From Macrostomum hystrix (taxonomy: Eukaryota > Animalia > Platyhelminthes): a DNA stretch of 64,000 bases. The first letter of the stretch is position 1; every line of letters starts with the position of its first letter. Below, one piece after another: positions 36,101 through 48,800 of this stretch. A model generated the notes under the pieces. The model saw only the letters and a program-made list of their open reading frames with translations, was not told the DNA's origin and ran no database searches. The translations under genes were made by a program, and so were the position numbers. The stretch spans positions 4,278,001 through 4,342,000 of the forward strand of contig CATNEN010000002.1 of the NCBI GenBank assembly GCA_950097015.1, written 5' to 3'.

Positions 36101-38732
36101 CAGATTTTGCAATAGACTTAGATCTAAGTGTCAAATAATGGCAAAGCCATGTCAGCACAACTTTTTCAAACTCAGAATGCATGTGTGGCATGAAGTCAAA
36201 CGAATAAATAATATAACAAATGGAAGTAGAACATTGCCTATTTTTCCTTTTGAATTTCTATGTCCTTATCATAGAATATCATAAAACAATTAAATAGGCC
36301 TATACAAAGAGCAACAAACAGCAACAAGATGGCACTTCAATATTTTGTCCCAATTCATCCCTAGCGCCAGCACACAAAGCCGGGAAATGTCTATGGTACT
36401 TAATCCCCAAAAAAAATTTAGCACTTAAAACCTTGAAAAGCTACATCAGCATGTCTGTGACCCTTGCCATGTCATATTATCCATCACCATGGTCATGTAT
36501 TGTATTTGTAAGTTTTAATCAGTTAGAAAAATAATTATGTAAAACAAAGTAAAACATTGCCAAAAAACATTCCCAATCTCATCCTGTAGGAGCTATACCA
36601 AAAAGCACTGACAGGTACCAAAATGCCAGAGCTGGTACTAAAATGCAGAGAATCCAAGTGTTTACTAGGTAGGCTAGGGTGCATAAAAAATTATTTTACA
36701 CCAGCAAAATTGGCTAGGCCCCAACTGTAAGTATGAGTCGTATGATTGATTAAGTAAAATGAGAAAATTAGGCTTATTAAGTTACTAGCTAGACAAATGG
36801 AATTTAAATAAATCTGTTAATAATTTACTTTTTTCTTTATCCTTGACCTTAGCTAAGTTGGCATTGAAGCAAACATAAAAACTTGCAGATCAAATGATTA
36901 AGATCCTACTTACCCAGGGTTTCCATTTTCTCCAGTACCTGTAGACGTAGTTGTAGGCCTATGCATAGCCATAGATACTAACAACATAGCTAGACCACCC
37001 ATGACAACAATAATAAGAACAACCTCATAACCAAGACCATCAAAAAGCATTGTAGAAAAATCTGCATTAAGTGAGTTCATTTTGACAGGCCTTGATAATG
37101 TATTATTAATAATGGCAGTGTGTTTAGCTTAGCTAGTAGCTAGACCACCAGACCGAGGCGTAATCTAAATAGATTGATTGGGATAGTAGGCCTAAACGAG
37201 AAAGGGAACTAAATAAGGGCTGCAATTTAAGATTATGCAATAATAATAACCTATTTTCTTTCTTTAATGTTGTTTCTGTATCTGTCTAGCTAAGTATCAT
37301 GGCCACAATGACAACGATTAAATAGAACCAGCTTTTAAAGCTCTAAATAAGCTCTCGAACACACAAATTTATTAAAAATTGTACTGATTTTTTGCATTTG
37401 AAAAAAACGAAAAACTCTAACAGGTGAAACAAAACTTTTAATTAACATCAGCAGTGCTTACAAATGTTTTTAGGAGAGTTGTAAATTCTTCATGAGGAGA
37501 TCTACCGTATTAAACACATATTCATCAGCGAAAGAAAGGTACACTGAACATTTTGTTCCTTATGTAATCAATTATTTTTTTAACATTTTGTATCAATCCT
37601 TCCAAAAAATTTCGCCAACTTGTTGATGCTGTCGTCGACGTAATTCTCGAAAAGTCTTATCCTGCACGATGACTCACACCTGCAAGAGCTAAACTTTTAA
37701 AATCCCCTCCCTTTCAGAAATACAATTTTAGTGGTTTTTGCTTGTCCGATTATACCCATCCCCTGATCCTTTTTAAAATAATCCATTGCTTTCCTTATCT
37801 GTCAAGTTTCACTCACCTCCCTCCTGCCCCAATTGCGCATATAGTACTAATAAAAATAAATCCTATTTTTTCCTGGTACACCCACCTCCCTCCATGCATT
37901 CATTTGTTCTCCTATCCTCCATCCAACATAGTAATCACGCGCCCACCTCCCTCATATAGTCACCAATAACATTTCCTCTAGTCATGCACCCAGCCCACTT
38001 TCGTCCTAACCAATCACCGCGCGGCGATCCGAACCACATGATCCGGCTGTCTGGTAAATATGTTAAGGTCGGGTGAACCATCATGCGATCACGGAGTGTG
38101 CGCGTGATTCTCACGACTCAATATAAAGCAGGTGCACGGTGCGGCGCCCATTTGGGAGAAGACTTTTCCTGCCATGCGGACTCTTTCCGTTCCGGTTGGA
38201 CATTTCCAGTCATCTGTACGTAGACCTTAGCTTTTCGTCCAGTTCCCATCTTAGTCGGACTTTTCGTCCCCCTTCGGCATTCGTCATTTCAGCAGCTGAT
38301 CTAAGGTTCACGCCTTAAGTACATGATCGATCGGGTCGGTTTTGTGAATCCCGGCTCGCCGCACAACAACGGCGTCTCGCCCACACTAAGCTAGAGCTAT
38401 GGGCCTGCACGCATCGACCGGCCGTTCGACATCACCAGAGTAACGCTCCACACAGCGCAAAGAATTTAACTGACTGAATGGCTTACACAGGTAGTTTTAG
38501 CATTTTTATATATAGATTTTAACATTGAAATAACAAATTCTGATAAAGAAATGCTGACACATAAGATGTTATGTAGTACACTTTAGATCAAACATGCTCG
38601 CTCGTGCGCGATGCATTTATTTATCGGCGATTTCCAAAAACGAAAGCTCGTACAGTCCAGAATCGTTATTAAGAGCTTCGGATTTCTGACTGACAGTGGT
38701 CGGAGGTTCGAATCCTGAGATGAGATAATTGC

Positions 38733-39933
38733 TCACAAAAAGCGAAATCTAGCTGCAATGCTGAAGTGATCGGATGCCAAATTCTGATCCGGCACGAAGT
38801 CTTTGTCCTGTAGGATGTACAAAGACGGCACCTCCAAGACAGCTACTGAACCCAGCTGAACCGGATTGTAAAATATGAAATCCACACATCCGGCATTGTT
38901 TGTCAGATTCAATGTGCACTCGGGCTCCGAGTCAGCAACAGCCAGGTAGGCACTGGCAACACCAGCACCGCAACCGTTTTGATTTCCTGCTGCTGTTGTG
39001 AGAAGGTGCGTTAAAGGCAGCTGTGCCTTTGCCTCTGTCTCTGCAGAAGGTGCCAAAAGTTTGTCCTTGTCAGGCGACGCCATCGTAATGAGTCGATAAG
39101 CCATCGACTCCGGTGTTGAATTGAAATCTCCGCACAATAGAAAACTGTCTCCATTGGCAACTGACGCTGTTTCGGCAACCATGGCAACCGACTGAATTGT
39201 AATAGAAAACAGAAGGGAATGTCAGTTTTTTTAATAATTACAAATTCGGTGGACTTAATCGGTTGTCGACACAACAATGTTGCAACAAATATTTATCAGG
39301 CCACATTTAGAACCAAGTAATTGTAGGTAGACTTACTTGAGCTGCTCGAAGATCAGGCTTTGGTGGGCGCTGATAGCTGATGTGAGCATTTCCCACAGTG
39401 AGTTTTCGCCCTGACTTTCTGTGTCTCAACTGCGCAATGCAATACCTCTGAGGCGCCGATGAGTAGTTAGCAAGAGACTGAAAATCTGGCAGCTCAGGAT
39501 CTAGCAATCGAGTCACAACAAGATCCGACAGACGGCCGCACCTGTCTTCTTCGTCAGTGCGTTGAAACGCAGTCTCGCGCGCGCAGGTAACCACACCTTC
39601 GCTGGGTTCCTCGTCTCGCCAGCTGCAGGCTTGGATTGTGTAACCTCGCTGGAGAAGATCAACTTCTAAATGCTGAGTCCAGTAGTCCTTGTCTACCTCT
39701 TGAAGGCACAGTAGGTCAGCGCTTACCCTATCTAGTTCACTCAAAAGGCGCGCATGCCTAGTCGCTCGATTCCAGTTTTCCGGCTTTATTTTATTAAAGT
39801 AGGATGATTTCCTTAGCAAATGTTCAGACAAAATATTGTAGGATAGCAGTATAAAGTCTGGCTGCTGGCTTGTTTGAAGACTGTTCGATATCCAACGGCG
39901 AGAATTTGCAAGTGTCGAGATCGGCTCTTCCAT
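38733..39933 (-). CDS. EEP-superfamily phosphoesterase, CCR4/nocturnin/Angel/PDE12 type
   Basis: Exons 39337-39933 and 38733-39191, phase 0, about 351 aa. Motifs LSYNIL, LCLQEVD, NAHI, LCGDFNSTP, VDFIFY, SDHFSI. Confidence 0.88.
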
Positions 39934-41302
39934 ACTTCAAAATGCAGTCCGCTAAAGTTCAAAGTGTTTTGGAAACTATTCTTATAGTTTTTAAAGAGCT
40001 CAGGGAATCTCCAACAATGTCAGGAAGTATATAATGGCCATTGAAATAGCTGCTTAGCAAAACTATTGATTAAGTTTCAGACTAGAATCACAGCAATCGA
40101 AATAGTGATACAGATTTTCACATACATTAATTTCATGCATTTTTGGCTACATGCATTCAGTTTCGCTTTTGATTTAATTTCACTCTCATGTAAAGTTATA
40201 AAACAAGTACAAAAACTTGAATTTAGTTTAAATGAGAGTTGGTATAGTTAGAATTTTTAAATAGGGTTCATAACTCACATACGCATAGCTAGCTATTATA
40301 TCTAAAAAAGGTATAATTAAGACTGCAGAATTACTGAGAACAAAAAAAGTGTGCACACAAAAGACATAACCTTTTAATTACTATTTTTATGTAGTTAATA
40401 ATTGCCACATCAAATTGCTTACATTATCAAGCGTCTTTTTCTAAAACTAATAAGTAAACACCATATGAAAAAAACTTAGTGGTTCGTCAGTTCAGTAACT
40501 TTCGTGTGAGTCCTTGGTAGAACAAGTACTATACAACGAGAAAACTATCGTCGCTCGATGTATCTTAGAAAATTTCACATTTGAACTTGTGCTCTAAAAA
40601 TGTAGATACAGTTCTTTTTTTGTGAGAAATCTGTGTGCATATTAGTTTATGTTAGTAAAATATATAATTTATTATAAAATAATACGTGTTGTGTAGTAAC
40701 GTTTGTTTTAAACTTTTTTCCTGGAATACATTTTTTGAATACGGTATAAAATTTTTTTTTACAAAATGTGGCAAATTGTACATCGTATTTACAATAATAA
40801 AAAATTAACGCTTTGCTTTATCTCGCGGCTTGCGATTGTAAAAGCTTTTAGCGTAGATTAAAGTTCGAATTCAATTTTCAAGTAATTCGGGTCTTAAACA
40901 ATGTTTTAATATGTTAACTGACACCTGAAGGATAAAACCTGACAATCTGACATAGTTCAACTGCGCCTCAAACATAGTGATGGCATATGAAAATACCTAG
41001 GCTATGCCCCATAGTATATATATTTTTAATTTGTATTTTTAATGGTAGGCTTTGAAACTCAGTATTTGCATATAAAGAAATAAATGTGCATTTTATAAGT
41101 ATATAATTTATAAAGACATGGGCTGATGAGTGATGACCTTTCTCATATTTCAATGAAAAACCTTAGATTATACTCTACATAAATAGTATTCCTGTTATTT
41201 TTTATTCTGTGCCTTGCATAGTTTATCTATAAGCTGTAAATATAAAGGCAGATAAAAAATCACATATTTATTCTTTTATCAAGACAATGGCTAAGGCTAA
41301 GT

Positions 41303-41691
41303 GGTACCTGGACACTTTGTCATCCCACAACTTTGTCATCCAGATGACTATCTGTCCTTAGAGGGTGGATGATGAAGAGACTTAGACTTGTGGACACTTC
41401 ATCATCTATAAAACAAAAGTTTTCAAAGTTAGAACAGGACCACCCCTCCCACCCCTCCTCATGTCACATCGTGTTGGCACCTATCTTTCAACTCTTGTAA
41501 TGAAATCAGTTATGACACCTCTTTTTGACAATTTAGAGTGTGAAGTGTGTTCACACCTCTGCCCCACCACCCCACCCTCACTTTATTGACGACAAACTTG
41601 ATTGCTTGTTATTAGTAGATGATGAACTGACCAAACTTGATGATGACGAAGCATCCTACCTTCCAAGTGGATGACGAAGTGTCTAGGATCT
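41303..41691. mobile_element. MITE with 23-bp imperfect TIRs and 8-bp TSD
   Basis: Left TIR GGTACCTGGACACTTTGTCATCC; right TIR reverse complement AGATCCTAGACACTTCGTCATCC (5 mismatches). GGCTAAGT flanks both sides (41295-41302, 41692-41699). Internal repeats of the TIR motif. Confidence 0.75.
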
Positions 41692-42886
41692 GGCTAAGTA
41701 TATTGCAATTTATATAGGGGCCTACTGGTTTTTATAGTAACAATTTGTCTATGGTCAGTTTTCCTTTTCAAATAAATTTACAGAGCATAAATTTCTATAA
41801 AGTGGGCCTAACTAAATAGCCTTGTAGTTTCTAACATAGCCAAGTTAATGTAATGGAATAAAGGGCTCTGAGAATAAAAAAAAATCTGAAATTCCCTGAC
41901 TTTTCATTCATGCAATTAGATGTATTTAAGTATAGGTGGATAATATAATGGCTGGAATGCTTCATAGGCACTACACAAGAAACTATTTCTACTATATTAC
42001 TATGCTATATCTTAGGTACATAGAATACAACATTTGAGTTATATACTCTAAAAAGTTGAGAAAGACTAGAAAATGGATGCAAATTACAAAGTTGCACAGT
42101 CTTTCATAGTTTAGCTAAAAAATTAAATTGTGTGTGGATTACACTTTTACCCAACTATATTGGACTTAAGTGCATTGAGGCTAGTTCTTTGTGGGTGTAA
42201 AAAGGCCAGCAGACTCTCCATTCAGGGGTTGTTTATGCCATTTTCCAAAGTTCATCTGTTAAAATGGCACTTCTGGAGGACTGGTTGGTTTTTGACTGGT
42301 TGGACAAGCTAAGGGCTGTGCTCCTGTAGCTTCATCTGCCAGGAATCAGGGCACAGATCATACTCAGGCCCCTGTGTCAGTGGCACCAAGTGGCCCCTGC
42401 ATTTCCAATCCTTGTCATTTGTCATGCCTGCCATAATCCCTTGTTGCCCGCCAGAATATTATCAATTAGCATAGACCAGTTGATGACATGTGAGCTGTCC
42501 ATTGAGGGGCATTGGAATATGGGACTACAAGAGAGGTACTCACCCAAAATATTCTTCAGCTTTCCTCTGGTTCTATGGTCAGTGAATTTTTGAAGCAAAA
42601 GCAGAATTGCTTGTCTAGGGTTAGGAATGAGGCTGTTTAGTTGACAACTATCTTACTATCAAGTATTGGAGTTCTTCCTAGAACATATTGAATACATCAG
42701 GGAAGTCGGGGAACGTAAAACAGGTCAAAGTTCGGCTCCTATTTTTTTACCATTCAAATCTGATCAGAAGTCGTCTTACATAACCTCGATGATATAAATT
42801 TGCAGCATAAACTGACAAAAATTATAAGGTTTCGATCGAAGTCTACTTAACCAGAAAAGGGTATTCAAGCTATTTAATTTAAGATC

Positions 42887-45800
42887 ATGTCTGGGGTGGA
42901 GGCTGTCTCCGCTGTGGAAGAGCGGTTCACCAACACCCGCAAGAAGTTGGACCAGTTGGGCTACAGGCAGCCGCTAACTGTTGAAGCTCTGCCATTGGCT
43001 GAGCGCCTTCTAGCCGACCTGATCTGGACTACGGAGCATTTGCGCAAGGCCAAACAAGAGACTGAGAAACGGGTTGAAGTTAAATCGAAAATCGAAGAAT
43101 ACATTGAGCCATATAAGTCCGACAATGGTAAACTTGTTAAGGAGAACAATGAGCTGCATCAGGAACTGTTGCGAATAAAACAGAAATATGAGGAGGAGAA
43201 TAGGGAACTTCAGGTTGGTTTCTGCTGTTTTTTATTTTTAGAGACACAAAAAATATGACACAGTAGAAATGAGAGACACGGGAGAGGTGAGACACGGGAG
43301 AGATTAGACACATAGGAGAGATGCGACGGGGAGAGAGATGAGACAGGGGAAAGATGAGACATGAGAGATTAGACACATAGAGAGATAAGACACGGGAGAG
43401 ATGAGACACGGGAGAGATTAGACACATAGAGAGATGAGACACGGGAGAGATAAGACACGGTAGATATGAGAGACACGGGAGAGATGACACACGAAAGAGA
43501 TAAGACACAGTGGAGATGAGACACGGTAGATATGAGAGACACAGGAGAGGTGAGACACGGGAGAGATGAGACACGGGAGAGATAAAACACGAGAGAGATG
43601 AGACACGGGAGAGATAAAACACGGGAGAGATGAGACACGGGAGAGATAAGACACGGCAGAGATGAGACACGGGAGATATAAAACACGGGAGAGATGAGAC
43701 ACGGGAGAGATAAAACACGGGAGAGATGAGACACGGGAGAGATGAAACACTGGAGAGATGAGACACGGGAGAGATGAAACACTGGAGAGATGAGACACGG
43801 GAGAGATAAAACACGGGAGAGATAAAACACGAGAGAGATGAGACACGGGAGAGATAAAACACGAGAGAGATGAGACACGGGAGAGATGAGACACGGGAGA
43901 GATGAGACACGGGAGAGATGAAACACGGGAGAGATGAGACACGGGAGAGATGAGACACGGGAGAGATGAAACACGGGAGAGATGAGACACGGGAGAGATG
44001 AGACACGGGAGAGATGAGACACGGGAGAGATGAAACACGGGAGAGATGAGACACGGGAGAGATGAGACACGGGAGAGATGAAACACGGGAGAGATGAGAC
44101 ACGGGAGAGATGAGACACTGGATATTTTTTAATTGTAATAAATACTATCAAGCGAAGCAATTAACACTGTTGCTATTCAACAGGCTGCCAAACGTCGACT
44201 GGAAAGCGAAGCCGAAGATCTTCGCTTCTTCAACTCTCAGTGCTTGGCCAAGCTCAAGCAGTTGGAGGAGGAGTCGCGCAAGAAGTCTGAGAAGATACTT
44301 CAGCTGCAGGAGAAGAATCTGCAGGCTGTGGTGCAGACCCCTTCTGGAAAGAAGAAGTCTATTCCTTTCCGGTTTGTTGCTTGACTTGGGCTTGTGGAGT
44401 CAGATAGTAAGGCCCAGATCAATTAGATGATCTGAGCTGGGCAATGACCAATCTGAGGATATAGACAATGACCAATCTGAGGATATAGACAATGACCAAT
44501 CTGAGGATATAGACAATGACCAATCTGGGGATCTTAGCAATGAACCATGGGACATTAACAAGAGTAAATTATCTTACTTTACTTTACCCAGCTAATTATC
44601 TCACCTCACTATAATTTGCTAATTATCTCCTCTTACTGTACCCCGCTAATTATCTCACCTCACTAAACCCCGCTAATTATCTCCTCTTACTGTACCCCTC
44701 AAATTATCTCACCTCACTAAACCCCGCTAATTATCCCACTGCAAAAACCCGCTAATTATCTCACCTCACTGTACCCCTCTAATTATCTCACCTCACTGTA
44801 CCCCTCTAATTATCTCACCTCACTGTACCCCTCTAATTATCTCACCTCACTGTACCCCACTAATTATCTCACGTCAAAAACCGCTCTATTTATCTCACCT
44901 CACTAAACCCGGCAAATTATCTCACTTTACAAAAACACGGTAATTACCTCTCCTTACTATGCCCCGCCATTTCTCAGCCGTCAGCGCATGGAGGTGGACG
45001 AGCTGCTGGAACCTGCCTCGTCTCGCCGTCAGCCGACGCGGGCGGCTCCCCTGGCCGGAGTGCGCAAGCAACAGCAGGACCCCCAGGTTGTCGACCTGGT
45101 GAAGGCGGCCCAGAAGAGAATTAGTGAGTTGCAAAGCCAGCTGGAGCGGCAACGTGAGGAGGCCGATATTCAAGAGCGACGCATTGCTAATATGAAACGG
45201 GCGGTTAGTACTGGGGCTCTTTTTGTAAAGTTGAAGAAGTCCAATTTTTAAGATAAAAAGTCCGCCGCTGGTTATATTTTCTGTTGCCGTTGTAATCGCT
45301 GGTCTCCGTTGCTAAGCCGTTGCTAAGCGAAATCATCGGAATTTTTAGTGTTTTTGAGTTAATTACTAACATCTTAATGCTGCCTTTTTGGTAATTCCTT
45401 GTATTAGCTCCTTTGTTGCTAAGTTAATCGTTAGCCTTAGTGCCGTCGCTAAGGTAAATGTTAAGTTATCTTTACCGTTGTTAAGGTAATCGCAAGCCCC
45501 TGGGCCGTCGCTAAAGGATATCGTCAGTTTTACTGTTCTGTGGCGAAATCCGAGGTTTTTTCTGTTGCTTAGAGAAATTCTAGTTTTTTTACTGTTGCTT
45601 AGGGGAATCCCAGTTTTTACCATTGCTAAGGGGAATCCCAGTTTTTACCGTTTCTTAGGGAATTCCCAGTTTTTACCGCTGATTATGGGAATCCCAGTTT
45701 TTTACTGTTGCTATTGCTAAGGAAAATCCTCGGGTTTACTGATGCAAAGAGAAAACCTAGATTTTTTGTTGCTAAGGGAAATACTCGGTTTTTACTATTA

Positions 45801-48800
45801 CTAAGGGAAATCCCAGGTTTTTACAGTTGCTTAGGGGAATCCTGGCAGTTTTTTACAGTTGCTTAGGGGAATCCCAGTTTTTTACAGTTGCTTAGGGGAA
45901 TCCCGGTTTTTACTGTAGATTAGGGGAATCCCAGTTTTTTACTGCTGCTATTGCTAAGGAAAATCCTCGGTTTTACTGTTGCTAAGGTAATCGCTAGCTT
46001 CGTAGCCGTTACAATGAAAAATGTAATAACGCCATTTTTTAAAACACAGGCGGCTCTGCGCGAGGACGAAATCAGCCGGTTGAAGATCCTCTGCGAAGGC
46101 GGCCGACCCTACGAAGCCGTCAGCCTGGAGGCCGAGGCCCGCGGCGCCGAGCGCATCCTGCATCAGCAGGCGGCTCAAATAGACGCCCTGTCGGCTCGCA
46201 ATCGCGACTTGGAAGCGGCGCTGGCTGCAGCCGAAGCTCGAATCGGTGCCGAGAGGCGCGCCGAAATCGATCTCAACGTCAGAAATCGTCACCTTAGCGG
46301 CGAACTCGAAAACGTTGGTCGCATTGCTCATAGGCTAGAAGTTGAGAAAGCCGAAGTCTTGGCTACAGCTGATGTAGAGATTGCTCAAGCTCGCGCTCAA
46401 CTGGAGGCCACGCGCCAGCGGCTGACTCAGTTGGAAGAGGCCTGTGCACAGCTCGAAGATGTAAGAAATTAATTGCTTTTTACAAGTAGTATGTTCTTTA
46501 GTTGTAGTTTTTGCGCTTAGGCATGTCTCAGGAGGTTTTCAATAGTTATGTACGCACATTTTAGTTTGATCTGCGTAGTAAATCAAGTATGTGGCAGCTC
46601 ACAATCGCCGCTTTTTCTGCTCGTTTAATGTGCAAATAGTACTACTCGCAGTATAAGTAGTATCATTTACAATTTTTTTTAACTGTAAAAATGTTTGACT
46701 TTAAATGTCGGAAAAAAATCTTGCTTTTAGCATGATTTGAATTACTGAGTAAAATAATTAGTAAATTATATCTGTACATTGTCTTTTCGATATTAACGTT
46801 CTGGATTCCAACATTTTAACGCTACGAAAAAGACGTTTTCTCCTTAAGTGTGGTAAGATTCTTACAAATAGCAAATTTTTTAAACTTCGAACGTTTTTAC
46901 ATTCTCCCTACGCCATAAAGTGCTTTCAATTTCCTAGTTGATTGCGACTTTGCCAGATAGAGGAGTAGAATGTTTATTTGCTGACTTAGGAAGTTGGTCC
47001 CAGAGTTACCCACAGTACGGTGACCAATGCCGAATAGTCAGCAACAGTCGTTTCTATATTTAAACTTTATTTCTGCAAAATTTGCTGAACTACGATATTG
47101 TATATTATTGTAAAACGGTCGTCAAGTATAAAGATCAGAAAATACTATAAATTTAAATTTATGCTTTAAACTTAAGGAGCGCAAACAGTTAAGCAATTCC
47201 TTGAGCGACACAAAACGGGCCGCCACCGAATCCAACAAGGACAATCGAGATCTGCAAGAGCTAGTACTGCGACTGCAGGCGGACAAGAAGCGTTTAGCTC
47301 AACGAGTTGAGAAGCTAACTGCCAATGGTGAGACACTCCTCTATTGATATTTTTTAATAAGAAAATGATAGTACGCAATTCTCCTACTTATAGTAGCTGG
47401 ATGAGATTTTCTACTAGAATTGTCTTTCTATAGTGCAAACAATCTTGCTCGCGTGTTTGATCTTGCCCTTAAATCATTTTAGTTCGTTTAAATTTTTAGC
47501 TTGGTAAAACAAATGTTTACCATTGGATTTTTCTGTTACTAGTACCATTCTGTGAGAATTTAGTTCATAAGAAACTAACATAGATGAAATTTGTTTGGTT
47601 ATTGAGTCAACAAACTCAGGTCAACGACTAGCTCGATGGTGTTTGCCTATCTGCATGCTTCTCTGTGTGTGTGTGTATGTCTACTCTTGATGTTGCCAAA
47701 GTAAAGCTTTCTGTTCTTATTGAAAAGTTGTTTGAGCAGAGAAAGTAAATGTAGATTTTTTGGCGTGTTTTTAAACTAATGTTAAAAAATTTCAATCATT
47801 ATACTCGTATACTTTTTTGACGTCTCTTATGAGAATTTAAGAGTCTTTTAAAAGTCTTTTAAGCGCACTTTTGTTCTCCAGATCTTTCATCTTTTTAACT
47901 ACCTACTTCTCTCCCCAGTCCTCCTTCACCTACTCCCACCACTCCCTTCCCACCCTCTCTCCCACCCTTCATATACCCTGTCTCTCTCCACTCTCTCACT
48001 CTTCCACTGCCCCGCCTCTCAGTCTCTCTCACCCTTCCTCTGCCTCTCTCTGTCTGTCTCTCACACCCTTCCTCTGCCTCTCTCTGTCTGTCTCTCTCAC
48101 CCTTCCTCTGCCTCTCTCTGTCTGTCTCTCTCACCCTTCCTCTGCCTCTCTCTGTCTGTCTCTCTCACCCTTCCTCTGCCTCTCTCTGTCTGTCTCTCTC
48201 ACCCTTCCTCTGCCTCTCTCTGTCTGTCTCTCTCACCCTTCCTCTGCCTCTCTCTGTCTGTCTCTCTCACCCTTCCTCTGCCTCTCTCTGTCTGTCTCTC
48301 TCACCCTTCCTCTGCCTCTCTCTGTCTGTCTCTCTCACCCTTCCTCTGACTCTCTTTGTCTGTCTCTCCCACCCTTCATCTGCCCTGTCTCTCTACACTC
48401 TCTCACTCTTCCACCGCCCCGCCTCTCTGTCTCTCTCACCCTTCCTCTGCCTCTCTCTCAGTCTCTCCCACCCTTTATCTGCCTCTCTCAGTCTCTCCCA
48501 CTCTTTATCTGCCTCTCTCAGTCTCTCCCACCCTTTATCTGCTTCTCTCAGTCTCTCCCACCCTTCCTCTGCTTCTCTCTCACCCTTCCTCTGCCTCTCT
48601 CAGTCTCTCCCACCCTTCCTCTGCCTCTCAGTCTCTCCCACCCTTCCTCTGCCTCTCTCAGTCTCTCCCACCCTTCCTCTGCCTCTCAGTCTCTCCCACC
48701 CTTCATCTGCTTCTCTCTCTCCCACCCTTCCTCTGCTTCTCTCTCACCCTTCCTCTGCCTCTCTCAGTCTCTCCCACCCTTCCTCTGCCTCTCAGTCTCT

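Noticed and set aside
35290-36645. Inverted GGTAC(C/T)AAAAT-like motifs around the transposase relic as possible TIRs
   Set aside because: Too short, and no TSD found.
42130-42600. GC-richer intergenic patch, possible transposase relic
   Set aside because: No recognisable motif in hand translation.
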